From the NCBI GenBank assembly GCA_009602735.1, contig WELA01002119.1:427708-463480 (forward strand): 35,773 bases of DNA, read 5' to 3'. Of this stretch, positions 14,001 to 26,978 are shown piece by piece. The stretch comes from Mesotaenium endlicherianum (Eukaryota). The position numbers and the translations under genes are program-made. Numbering within the stretch: the stretch's first letter is position 1; the number at the start of each line of letters is the position of its first letter. The notes beneath the pieces were generated by a model, which saw nothing but the letters and a program-made list of their open reading frames with translations, had not been told where the DNA came from and searched no databases.

Positions 14001-17000
14001 GAGACCAGCACAGCTGGCACTCACACAACAGCCCTCAAGCGGTCTACGCCGCAGGTCAGTACCGCAAGCCAAGTTGTGCGAGTGCGACTGGTAAGTGAGT
14101 GTGTTACATGTGAGACGGTGTTGGAGGCAAGGGCTCAGGAGCGGAGGGAAGAAAAGAGGAGGCAAGGGCAAGAGGAAGCAAGGCGAGGGAAAAGGAGGAG
14201 AGGGCAGGCCAGGGAGGGGAGGGAACGGGGGGGGAGCGNNNNNNNNNNNNNNNNNNNNNNNNNNNNNNNNNNNNNNNNNNNNNNNNNNNNNNNNNNNNNN
14301 NNNNNNNNNNNNNNNNNNNNNNNNNNNNNNNNNNNNNNNNNNNNNNNNNNNNNNNNNNNNNNNNNNNNNNNNNNNNNNNNNNNNNNNNNNNNNNNNNNNN
14401 NNNNNNNNNNNNNNNNNNNNNNNNNNNNNNNNNNNNNNNNNNNNNNNNNNNNNNNNNNNNNNNNNNNNNNNNNNNNNNNNNNNNNNNNNNNNNNNNNNNN
14501 NNNNNNNNNNNNNNNNNNNNNNNNNNNNNNNNNNNNNNNNNNNNNNNNNNNNNNNNNNNNNNNNNNNNNNNNNNNNNNNNNNNNNNNNNNNNNNNNNNNN
14601 NNNNNNNNNNNNNNNNNNNNNNNNNNNNNNNNNNNNNNNNNNNNNNNNNNNNNNNNNNNNNNNNNNNNNNNNNNNNNNNNNNNNNNNNNNNNNNNNNNNN
14701 NNNNNNNNNNNNNNNNNNNNNNNNNNNNNNNNNNNNNNNNGAGAAGAGGGAGGCGAGGGGAGGGGAGGGGAGGGGAGGGGAGGAGGAAAGGGGAGGGGAC
14801 AAAAGAAGACGAGAGGGGAGGCGACAAGGGAGAAGAGGGCAGAGCGAGGCAGCGCAGGGCAGGGCAGGGCAGGGCAGGGCAGGAGGAGGGAGGGAAGGGG
14901 AGGGGAGGAGTTGACAGGTGCCCAGGGGGCAGGCGTAGCACGCACTGACCTTGGAGAGCTGGTTCTCCAGATAGTAGTGCGCGTCCACAGGGATGTTGTT
15001 CTCTAGCACGAAGATGGGGTCCTCCGACTTCTCGTACGCCTGCCAGGTGGCGCCATGGCATCCCCCCAGCGCAGCATCCCGCACGCAGCCCCCAAAGGCG
15101 ACATATGTCAGCGCATCTCACTGAAATAGCAATTGAGGAACGCAGGCAGGGAGGCGAGAGGGGGAGAGTGTAGCAGCAGCGGTAGGAATGGAAAGGGAGA
15201 GGAGGGGAGAGGAGGGGAGGGAAGGGGAGGGGAGGAGAGGAGAGGAGGGGACTGGAGCAAGTGCGGGTGCACCTTGGCACCCTTGGGTCCCTTGATGATG
15301 ACATATGGCACTCTGTCGCCAAGCGTGGGGGCTGTGGCGGCGTCTCGCTGCTCACCCGACACATGGCAACGCCGCATTGCTTTGGCGGTAAGATTTATGT
15401 CGACCACTGTCGCAAGGCCAGACAAGAGTGCTTCAAAAAGGAATTGAAGCCTGAGGGAAGGTTCCCACAAGGCAAAGGAGGATTTCTTGCGATAGCACGC
15501 AGTCATAAAGAGCTAACAAAAAGATCCCGGCCCATTAAGGCTCCCCAATTCAAGCGCCGGGACATGCGCAAGCCAGATCGGCAACACATGGCGCGCAGAG
15601 GAGGGCAGCAGGACAACAAGTAGGCTCAGGGAGGCCAGGGCTGCCACTTGGCACGTCCAAGAAGCCGCACGACACATTGGCAACATGAAGAAGGCACATC
15701 CGGAAAAATGGGAAAGGAGGGAGGCGGGGGAGTCGGCCAGGTGATAGGCAGATAGGTGGGATGAAGGAAGGGGGGAGGGAGGGCACGTAGTTGGGCAGGG
15801 GCATGCAAGGCAGGGGGGACCAGGGGGGGACTCCCAAGAGCATGAGAGCGCCCCAGCTTCGTCCGGTGAGTGCCAACTATTTGTACCATAAAGAAAGCGC
15901 AAGCAGTATTGTCTGTTGTCAGCCAGACAACAAAAACAGGCTAACGTAGAGGGAGAAGATGGAGCAAAGGCCAGAAGAGGCCTGGAGGGGCAGGTAGCGG
16001 GAGAGGGGGGAAGGAGAGGGGGGAAGGGAAAAAGGCGGGGGGGGAAGGGGGGGAGAGGAGGGGGGGAGAGAGAACCTTGCGCATGCGTAAGGCCAGCTCC
16101 ACGTGGGCAGACTTGTTGCCGTAATGCCGCGGGCAGGGAGGCCCGCCGCTGGTGTGCTGCTTACACGTGTCGCAGTTGCCGTCCTCGTCCTCCGACTTCG
16201 TCAGCCCCTGCCACCAATCCCGCGCCACGCGTTGTCGCGCAACAGGTCAGGCCCCAGCTGGCGTAGGGCAGGCGGTGCTCATCAGCCAGCTCATCAAGAG
16301 AGAGTGAGAGGGGAGGAGGCGAGGGAAGCGGAGGCAGCGTATGCCATGGAGGGAGGGAGAGGGAGCCCGGCCATAAGCCCCCTCACTTGCCGTTAGAGTC
16401 CAGACAGGGCTGGATGAGGTGTTTGACAGAGCCGCCAACCGAGTGCCTACTGAGAAGTAGCGTGGCTGCATCCTTAACTGACAGTCGGCCTACTGAACAG
16501 CAGACTGACAAGTTGTGAGGGCGTCCCATCTTTCAAGACATGCCATGTGTCAGCTTGTGGGTCCATAGAACCCAGAGAAGCAGGCAACTGATGGGCAACT
16601 CGACCTCTGTTCGCATGTAGGTACCAAACATACACATATAAGCATGCATGCACCTATATATTTTAATAAATTCAAAAAATTCACACACACAGCAGTCTGA
16701 TGGGCCCGGCGAAGGGGTGGGCGGAGGGGGCTGGAGAAGAGAGACGGGGGGTCCAACTGGGCGACAGGCTCGTGGAATGGCAGGCTGGCAGGCTGGCTAG
16801 CGAGCGGGCGGACGGCAAACCTTGGTGATGACGAGGAGCGAGAGGTCGATGCGGTTCATGAGCAGGTCGGCGATGGTGGCCTTGACGAAGTCGACGGCGC
16901 CCTTGGTGTCGCGGTCGATGAGGATGCGGTGCAGGCACTCTGTGACCAGGTTCTTCACCAGCAGGCAGTTGTCGCGCCGCACCGTCTCGATGCCTGCAGG

Positions 17001-20000
17001 CACCTCGCGCAGACGCGCACGCGCAAGCGCAGGCACGCACGCATGCAGGCGTACACGGACATGAGCACGCAGGCATGGACGCAAGCGCGCACACACGCAC
17101 GCAGGTAAGGAGGCACACGCGTGTGTACGCCTGCGAGCACAGACACAACCACGCATGAATGACAGAAGCATGCACGCACGCATGGACGTAAGCACAGAAG
17201 CACTGTTGCACACATGGACGCGGGCACGCACACGTGCACGGGCGTGAGCAAACGTAGGCCTGCGCGCAAGCGCATGCACGCATGGATGCATGTGAGCACG
17301 CGCGCATGGCAAAGCGGGCGGCGCCTGGGCGGCACACAGCAGTCCGCTGAGTTTCTGCAGGCATGGGCGCATGCACATAGACGTGCGTGTTGGTGCATAC
17401 GTAGCTAGAAGGTAGCGGTCGAGTACCAGCAGACAACCTGGTCGGCGCCCCCCACCCATTTGGTCGTGTGTAAGAACATATGAGACCCACGTCGTGCTGA
17501 GCAGGTCGTACGCACCAGGCACAGGACTTCTTATGTTCTCGGCGCGTTTATGACAGGTTGGTTAGAGAGAGGAATGCAACTCTCTTGTGTGTCTTGGTGT
17601 CCTGCTGGTCCTTCAAGAAAGCAGGGGACAGCGTCAGCCAGCCAGCCGGCCAGCCAGCCAGCCAGCCAGCCAGCTGGCTGACCAAGCATTGCTGGTACAG
17701 AGCCCAGGGAGCTGCCTGTCCAGAGCGTGCCCTCACTGAGAGCCACTTGGCAGCACTGTCGTAGCCGCCGGCCGTGGCCTCTCACAATCTTTTTTTGAAG
17801 CGGGCAGGTGCATGAACACGCAGAGTACGCACGTACGGACGGTCTGTATGATTTTTTGTCGTCTTCTTTGTCGACTTCCTCTGCAGACAGTAGATACTTG
17901 TTCCATGCGAGCAGGACAGGGAGCTTCCTCAGCAGGGAATGGGGGAGGGGGGTACGGAGAGGTACATGAGAAAGGGCAAGGGAGCAAGGGAGCAAGGAGG
18001 AAAAGGAAAAGCAGGGAGGAGCGGAGGGAAGTGAGAAGAGGAGGGAGAGGAGGGAGAGGATGAAGGGGGGGGGGAGGGGGGGCACCCTTGGTGTCCATCT
18101 TGTCGTGGTGGTTGGGATTGGACCAGTAGAGGCCCGCGTATCGCTTCTTGCTGATCAGCAGGTACGGATAGTACACCTTCTCAAACTCCAGCTTGATGGG
18201 CTGCGCTTTCGCACGCGCCCGCCCCCGCCCAAACACACGCGGGCATATGCGCCCCCCCCCAGCGATCACCACACGAGCACAGGTATGGGCGCATTCGCAT
18301 GCACACGGCACCCAGCATTGTTAGCATGCGCAAGTGAGTGGACACCTGCAGCGTACTCGCACACGCACGTCCTCAACCCATCTCTCTCTTTCTCTCTGTC
18401 TCTATCTCGTCAGTCTCCCGCTCTCACACGCACCCGCACACACGGAGAGAGGATGCATGAAAGGGCAAACCCACGCCCACAGAGGGTCGCAATAGGAAGG
18501 CGTTTCATAAGGCAGTCGAGGAGCACAGGGCAGAAGCGGGAGTACCGGGAGAGAGGAGAGAAGAGGGAGAAGAGGAGGTAAGGGCGGGGAAGTGAGGAGG
18601 AGGAAGCAGGCAGGGGAAGGTAGGGCTGGGGAAGGCAGGCGCAGAGTTAGGAGAGGGGAGGGGAGGGACGGATATGGGAGGCAATAGAGGGAGCAGAAGA
18701 AGGCAGGGATAGGCGGTGGAGGATACTAGACACAGGGCAGGAAGACGAGGGTGAGGTAGGAGCGCGGGAGGAAAGGGGGGTGCTGCGTGGCGTGGGGCGC
18801 ATGGGCGTGCCTTGGGGAACGTGCGGCTGATGCGATCGGCGGCGTCACGGCCCAGCTTCATGGCCTCCCCCACCTCGCTCACGCCAAACTGCACCATCAC
18901 GGAGTCCGTGTCCCCGTACACCACCTGCGCGCGCGTGCGCCACACCACCACCCCGCGACGCCACGTGTCCCGCTGCTGCTGTCAGAGGGAGCACGACGGA
19001 GGAGTCGCGCCGCTCAAATATGTAGCACACGAGTCGCGATGTGTGTGTACGTCGATGCGCATTCGACTGAGCGTACGCACGCGTGCACCTAGAAAAATGT
19101 ATGTACGGTTGCAGGAACCTCACGCACGGCTGTATGTTTCGGCAAGTGACGCACACACCTCAAAATTCTGGTGTTGGGGGGGGAAGAGTGCAGGGCGTAC
19201 CTCGGCGTCGTGCTGGTAGCCCTTCTCCATGGTGTACGTGTCGGTGATGGCAGTCTGCGTGCGCTCAATCATCTCTCTCCCTAGCCTCACACCCCTCCCG
19301 CCCATCACAAGCAGCTCAGCCCCATCCCCATGCATAGCCTGACACAAACACATTCGAGAGAGAGAGAAGAGGAGGGAGGCGAGTAGCAGGGAAGTAGGGC
19401 ATAGGCAGACGCAGGGACGCACGCATGCGCGCACGCGCATGCCGACAGAGATAGAGAAGCGGGTTCAGGGTGCCTGCATTCCTCTCCTTTCCAATCTTTT
19501 TCTTGAAATCGTCTCCTCGAGACCGAATTGGTGTCCCGCTCTGACATCCGGGGCTACGGAACCTCGGTCTCCTTCGGCTCTGGGTTTGATTCGCACTGGA
19601 GCCTGTGGCAAAGCAGAGGAGAGGAGAGGAGGCCCACCGTATGCAGTGACGCTGGAGGAGATCTCGAGGCACGGCAGCGCCCCCACCGTGGCGCCCGTGA
19701 AACCGTACACCGAGTTTGCACTCACCTGCTCCCTCACTCCCAGTCAGTCAGTCAGTCAGTCAGTCAGGATGCACGCACACACGCACTTGCACACACGCAC
19801 ACCCACTCCCTCACGAAGGAGGTCAGGAAGTTAGGCAGACAGTCAGGGCGCACGCGCACACGCGCACGCGCACACGCGCACGCGCAGAGAGGGAGGGAGA
19901 CCGAGTGCTAAGAGGTCACGCACTTCTCCTGGACACCTCTCCTAGACACCCTTCGCCCTCCCCAAAACGCCCCCTCCTCTACTTAGGGGTTGTGGCACAC

Positions 20001-21963
20001 GCAAAGAGCAGCACACACTCTCATATGCATAGCAGGTCTCAACGACTAATGAGCAAGTGCATCTGTGGAGGCCTCAACGGGAGAACGGGGATGTCAAAGA
20101 GGACAGCGGCAGGAGTTGCCTTGTCAAGCGTTTCTGCGGCAGGCGTCAGTCAGTCACGAGCAATGGCCAAGCAGCAGCTTGCGGCGCGGCTGGAGGACGA
20201 ACCTTGAGCGCCAGCTGGCGCCCGTCGAGCACGGCCCTCTCAAAGGGGTCCGTCGCAGCCTGCTCACCACCACCCCCACCTCCTTCCTCCCCCTTTAGCT
20301 TACTGCTGCTGCGGACCCTACTGCTGGTGCTGCTGGTCAGCAGCTGCTGTTGTAGACGGTGCTCCTACTGCTGGTGCTGCTTGCTGCTGCCTCGTCGCTC
20401 CCCTATGCCCTCCTCCAATTTCCAAGGGCAGAAATAGCACACTATTCGCATTTGCAAGGACAACAATGTCGTGCAAACACGGATACTACTCTTACTCCAG
20501 AGCTATCGCCGCCTCAAGAGATGAGTCGAGCATGCATAAGACGCGGCCCCTCGGCCACATCAGCGCCACATCAGCCACACGTGTGCTCGGCACAACTCGG
20601 GTGGCACCTTGGCACACCTGCTGAAAGGGCCACCTGGCAGCCGGGACTGAAGCAGGCGGCATCTATAAGCCATGGGCAGCTGCGTGCACCGTAGCAAGCG
20701 TAAGCGCAATTCTTCTAAGTTGAATCCACATCGTCAAAAATAAAATAAAAGTGACACGTTTATACACATGAGAGCAGACACTCTTAAATATATAGATTGA
20801 AACCTACGTCCATGCGTATTATTATCAATATTATTTATTTTATGGAGAAGGATAAATTTGAGCGGCTTGCTGGCGGGTATGGAGTCGGCGATAGAAGCAA
20901 GACATCCCAGCCCCACCTTGGCGCGAAGCATAAGAGCAGACAATACTCGAATACTAGAAGCAAGGTCCCGGCCGGCCATACAAAGAGAGGGGGGGGAGGA
21001 CAAGTGGCGGGTTGCCATCGGCCAGACCTTGAGGTCAGTTTTGGCGATCTTGCGCGCGGCCAGCAGCTCCTCCAGGATCTCCGGCAGGATGCCCTGCCCG
21101 CCAGCCCCGGGCAGAATTTGCAGTACAGCGTTACGGACTGTTTGCAATTCGCGCATGCCGCGAGATACTTTTACGAGGGGGTTAGCTGCCTAGCCTGAAA
21201 GAAAGGGCTGCTTGGGGCAGCAAAACAGAGGGGGAGGAAGCATGCACTTTTGATCCCCGATGTTGTGTTGGCCAGCGCATGCTGCCCCACCAAACTGGAA
21301 ATGCGCCAGAAAGAGAAAAAGGTAGAGACATGATTGCATTTTAACAGGTGCATGCATGCATCCAAGCAGACGATGCCGTTTGACTGCGGGAGGGTACGTA
21401 ACACCTGGACATAGTGTGGGGAGCAGGAGAAGCAGGAGTAGGAGCAGGAGCAGGAGGAGCAGGAGCAGGAGGATGGCATGAAAAAGGGTGCGGAATGTGC
21501 ACATAAGAGTGCCACGTGTCACTACCTTAGTGAGCTCTGATTTTACAAAGGTGTCGCCGGCAGGTGTCTTTGTCAGCATCTCTTCCGGAAGCCCCAGCTT
21601 CGCCACCTCAGAGCGGGGCACCTGCAAGCGCCACATGTCATGCCACGTGGCAGCGAGAGGCAATGAGACAGGCACAGGCAAGATTGGATGTGCTTGATTA
21701 GCAGCCAGTCCAGCCACCAACAAGCTAGAAATTGCGTGCATATACACGTGCATGCGTGCTTGTGCGGGTGAGGGAGGGAGGCGCATGCGGTGAATGAAAG
21801 TGGGTGAGGGGAGACGAGTCACGGGAAGTCAGGCCCTCTCAGGGGCTGACATACACGCCTGCCCCTGCAGTAACCTGCATGCCATCTGGCATCCAGCAGC
21901 GCGTTCCAGCCCCTCTGCCAGAGTGCTTCTCCCAAACACAATCAGGTCCTGCGGGATGCACAT

Positions 21964-22011
<48 letters not shown>

Positions 22012-23447
22012 GTGCACACATTCTGCATGCGCGCGCGCACACTGACAGACACGCACACAGAGGGAAGGAGACAAGGATGCAGCTGGCCACGTGCGGAGGA
22101 TTCAAAGGCTGCGGGACGGGCTGTGGGAGACGGGAAAGGGGGAGGGTTCACACACAAGAGAAAGCCAGGAAGAGGAGGACACAAAAAGCGTCAGTCAAGG
22201 AAGAGGAAGCGCGAGGAGCCGCCAAGCAGCCATCGATAAAAAACGGGGCAGGCACCAGTTGGAGAGAGAGGCAAGGAGCTTCTGATCACTGGAGCGGAAG
22301 GGGCGCAAAGGACAGGGGTCTAAGAACGGCAGCCATAGCAATCGATAACAGGGGGGGGGGTTGCTGGAAGCATTTCATGGGCGGACCAAGTGGAGGGGTG
22401 CGGGAAGCAATCGGCCGTGAGTGAAAGGACGGGAGCAATTGCCTGAGCAACAGGAGGGGCGAGGGGCGAGGGCCAAGGAGCAAGGCGCGAGAAGCAATCA
22501 ACCGGGGAACAGAGGCACAGGGATTGTTTCGGACACGTAGATGTGAAGAGGGGGGGGGGGGGGGGGGGNNNNNNNNNNNNNNNNNNNNNNNNNNNNNNNN
22601 NNNNNNNNNNNNNNNNNNNNNNNNNNNNNNNNNNNNNNNNNNNNNNNNNNNNNNNNNNNNNNNNNNNNNNNNNNNNNNNNNNNNNNNNNNNNNNNNNNNN
22701 NNNNNNNNNNNNNNNNNNNNNNNNNNNNNNNNNNNNNNNNNNNNNNNNNNNNNNNNNNNNNNNNNNNNNNNNNNNNNNNNNNNNNNNNNNNNNNNNNNNN
22801 NNNNNNNNNNNNNNNNNNNNNNNNNNNNNNNNNNNNNNNNNNNNNNNNNNNNNNNNNNNNNNNNNNNNNNNNNNNNNNNNNNNNNNNNNNNNNNNNNNNN
22901 NNNNNNNNNNNNNNNNNNNNNNNNNNNNNNNNNNNNNNNNNNNNNNNNNNNNNNNNNNNNNNNNNNNNNNNNNNNNNNNNNNNNNNNNNNNNNNNNNNNN
23001 NNNNNNNNNNNNNNNNNNNNNNNNNNNNNNNNNNNNNNNNNNNNNNNNNNNNNNNNNNNNNNNNNNNNNNNNNNNNNNNNNNNNNNNNNNNNNNNNNNNN
23101 NNNNNNNNNNNNNNNNNNNNNNNNNNNNNNNNNNNNNNNNNNNNNNNNNNNNNNNNNNNNNNNNNNNNNNNNNNNNNNNNNNNNNNNNNNNNNNNNNNNN
23201 NNNNNNNNNNNNNNNNGAAGGTGGATAAGGAAGGAGGGGCGGAGGAGGGGAGGGAGGGAGGGAGACACACGAAAGAAATCCCTGTCAGCCAGGCTGGCTG
23301 AGCTGAAGTGTGCACACAGAGCAGAGCAAAGAGGCTTCTTGTAAAGAGTGAAGTAGCCTGGAAGGGTAAGAGAGGGAGGGCTGAAAGGGGGAGAAGGAGA
23401 GAGAAAAGGGGGGGGGGGAGTGTGTGTGCCTGTGCGTGTGTGCGTGT

Positions 23448-23480
<33 letters not shown>

Positions 23481-26400
23481 TGTGCCCGCGTGTGTGTGGG
23501 ATAGAGTGTGAGCATACATGAGTTTGCAAGCATGCTTACGTGAGAGCGTGCTGTAAAGGCAGGCCGTGTGTGTGCACATGCACTCAGATGTGAACGCCAG
23601 CAATCACATATCCACGCACGCGAACCGATAATCTTCTCTTAGTGTCCAGACACATATACATGTAAGAATATACATGTACATATACATACATACAAAAAAT
23701 TATTATGTACAGATCTATATGTGGGTCAGAGAGGAACATCAAGCAGCAAAGGAACAGGACTCGGTCTACGAGTGAGCGGTACAGCATGGTGGAAGAATAC
23801 AACCTCAGCTATAGAAGAATAGCCATATGCTCTGCTGCGCTCTGATCCAGATGGGACATCCATTCATAGCCCCATTGAATGGGGACCGACAAATTAGGGG
23901 GGGGGGGGGGATCGGGCAGGGCAAGCTTCCAGCTCCGCAAGGGCCGGCCCCAGTGGTAGGGGAGGAGCAGAAGCCGGCGGGGAAGGAGCGCCTGGCGACG
24001 AGGCGGACACCGCTACCGTGAGCCTCGACACTCTGAGGTTGATTGGAGACGAAGAGCTTGGAGGGGTGCGAAAGGAATCGAGGCGAAAGTCGGCGGCAGG
24101 CCTGGCCCACAAGATGCAGAAGAAAGCGCCGCGCAAGAAGGACAGGACGTGNGCGCGAGAGCAGGAAGGAGAGGGGCACGCCCGTGACGCGCGCCATCTC
24201 CACGTAGTTGAAGATGTACTTCAGCTTGTCCAGCAGCCGCTGCGGCAGGTACGCGTCCTGCACGCTCTCGTTGTTGTTGCCCACAAGCACGACGTGCACG
24301 CGCACGTGTGTGCAGCGCGTGTGAGTGCCTGTGTAAGTGCGTGCTTGTGCTTGTGCGTGCGTGCGTGCGTGCGCGTGCATGTGCGTGTGTTTGTGTGTGT
24401 ACGCACGCATGTGTGTGTGTGTGTTTGTGTGTGTGTTTGTGCGTGTGCGTATGTGTGTGCGTGTATGCGTGTGTGCGCGCGCACAAGAGAGCGGGAGAAA
24501 GAGAGGGGAAACACTGGGCCTCAAACTTGTCTACTTGTGGGACGTCCAAACTCCCGTTTGAATGAGCATGCAGCCTGTGCAACGAGCACATATGCCCATC
24601 TGAACGCCAACCAGCGATGTCCGTAAGAATACGAGCAAGCATGGGAGTGCCAGAGCAGAATTTAGACACGTTCCCTTTCCCGGGATGTGATCACGGGTGA
24701 AATTTAGTGGTGGTAACGCCTTCGGCAGAACAGAGAGGGAGGGCATGACGCACAAGTGGGCAGCTGGACAGGCAGGCGGGGCGGCAAACAGAAAGACAGG
24801 CAGGTAAGACAGATGGTTGGATAGCCAAATAGGCAAACGAGCAGTCAGAGCAATGCACCAGGCGATAAAAGGGGAAAAGGCATAAGAATATCAGAAGGGG
24901 CAAGTGCAGGAGGGCACCCGGGAGAGAGAAGAAGGGGGGCGGGGGCAGCACCTTGAGGCAGTAGACAGCCAGGCGCCGTCGGGTCTCGGGAGTGCCCCGC
25001 TGGAGCTCTGCGATAATGCTGTGGTGCACGTCCTCCTTCTGCTCTCTCCCCCCCAAAAAATTGGACACATACACACAAGCGTGTGCACACACGCACACAC
25101 ACGGACTCGCGTCGAAGTCAGGGGCTGCACGAGAGAACTGCAGGAGCCGGAGCAGAAGCTGGGAGAGCAACGGGCACAAGAGAAAGAGAGAGAGCTCAGC
25201 CTGCGAGAGGAGAAGCCCCGGGGTGGGAGTGTCAGCAAGTGGACATGCAGCAGCATGTCAGTGACTGGAGTCTTCCCCTTGAAGCCCCAGATGGTGCCAG
25301 GTCTTCACAATGTGGTGATTACCTCAGCAGGGATGCCACCAGTCAGCAGCGGCTTTTTTTTTGGGGGGGGGGGGGNNNNNNNNNNNNNNNNNNNNNNNNN
25401 NNNNNNNNNNNNNNNNNNNNNNNNNNNNNNNNNNNNNNNNNNNNNNNNNNNNNNNNNNNNNNNNNNNNNNNNNNNNNNNNNNNNNNNNNNNNNNNNNNNN
25501 NNNNNNNNNNNNNNNNNNNNNNNNNNNNNNNNNNNNNNNNNNNNNNNNNNNNNNNNNNNNNNNNNNNNNNNNNNNNNNNNNNNNNNNNNNNNNNNNNNNN
25601 NNNNNNNNNNNNNNNNNNNNNNNNNNNNNNNNNNNNNNNNNNNNNNNNNNNNNNNNNNNNNNNNNNNNNNNNNNNNNNNNNNNNNNNNNNNNNNNNNNNN
25701 NNNNNNNNNNNNNNNNNNNNNNNNNNNNNNNNNNNNNNNNNNNNNNNNNNNNNNNNNNNNNNNNNNNNNNNNNNNNNNNNNNNNNNNNNNNNNNNNNNNN
25801 NNNNNNNNNNNNNNNNNNNNNNNNNNNNNNNNNNNNNNNNNNNNNNNNNNNNNNNNNNNNNNNNNNNNNNNNNNNNNNNNNNNNNNNNNNNNNNNNNNNN
25901 NNNNNNNNNNNNNNNNNNNNNNNNNNNNNNNNNNNNNNNNNNNNNNNNNNNNNNNNNNNNNNNNNNNNNNNNNNNNNNNNNNNNNNNNNNNNNNNNNNNN
26001 NNNNNNNNNNNNNNNNNNNNNNNNNNNNNNNNNNNNNNNNNNNNNNNNNNNNNNNNNNNNNNNNNNNNNNNNNNNNNNNNNNNNNNNNNNNNNNNNNNNN
26101 NNNNNNNNNNNNNNNNNNNNNNNNNNNNNNNNNNNNNNNNNNNNNNNNNNNNNNNNNNNNNNNNNNNNNNNNNNNNNNNNNNNNNNNNNNNNNNNNNNNN
26201 NNNNNNNNNNNNNNNNNNNNNNNNNNNNNNNNNNNNNNNNNNNNNNNNNNNNNNNNNNNNNNNNNNNNNNNNNNNNNNNNNNCCACAAACCCCAGCCCGC
26301 CCCCCCCACGCGTCCCGCCTGCCGCTCCCGTGCCACGGTCCCGCCCTCGCCCTTTCTCCCTTCTGATAGCACGCTGCAAATGGCGTACTTAGTGAGAAAA

Positions 26401-26930
26401 TATGAGGCAGCCTTGAGCTTTTGCCAAGCTCATCACAGGGTTGGCCGCATGGTGGCATTCGAACGCATCAATGACACCTGTCCTCTATGGCGAGAATACA
26501 CAGGAAACCAATTTAAAACCACTGGGCCGTGCGGCACGTGGCGCAGGTGTGGGGCAAGCGCCCGCCTGGCGAGAGCACGCGGCGACCAGAAGTGGTCCGG
26601 GGTTCAGGGTGGTGGCGTTTTGCGCCCAGTGGGCAGCAGAGGTTGAAGGGCCTTGAGAGCGGGAAGTCAGCGGGTGGGGTGAATATGGCGGGGGCAAGGT
26701 CTGCGGGGCGCTGTATTGGGGGAGAAGCCCCGACAGGTGGCAGCACGAGGGGACGGACCTGCTCGTTGAGGAAGTGGGCGGAGACGGAGTTGAGCGAGTA
26801 GGAGGACAGCTTGTGATCGCGCTGGATGGCCTGGAAGAGGTCCAGTTGCACGCGCCCCTCGATGGTCACCTCGAAGCTCTCCCGCGTGCCGTACTGCCTG
26901 TGCGGTACACCGCTCGAGCGCGCCATGTGT

Positions 26931-26978
<48 letters not shown>

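Noticed and set aside
23310..23375. Minus-strand [14 protein letters not shown] vaguely resembling Pol delta GFYEKPIATL
   Set aside because: It is not followed by DF.SLYPS and the similarity is weak; judged coincidental.
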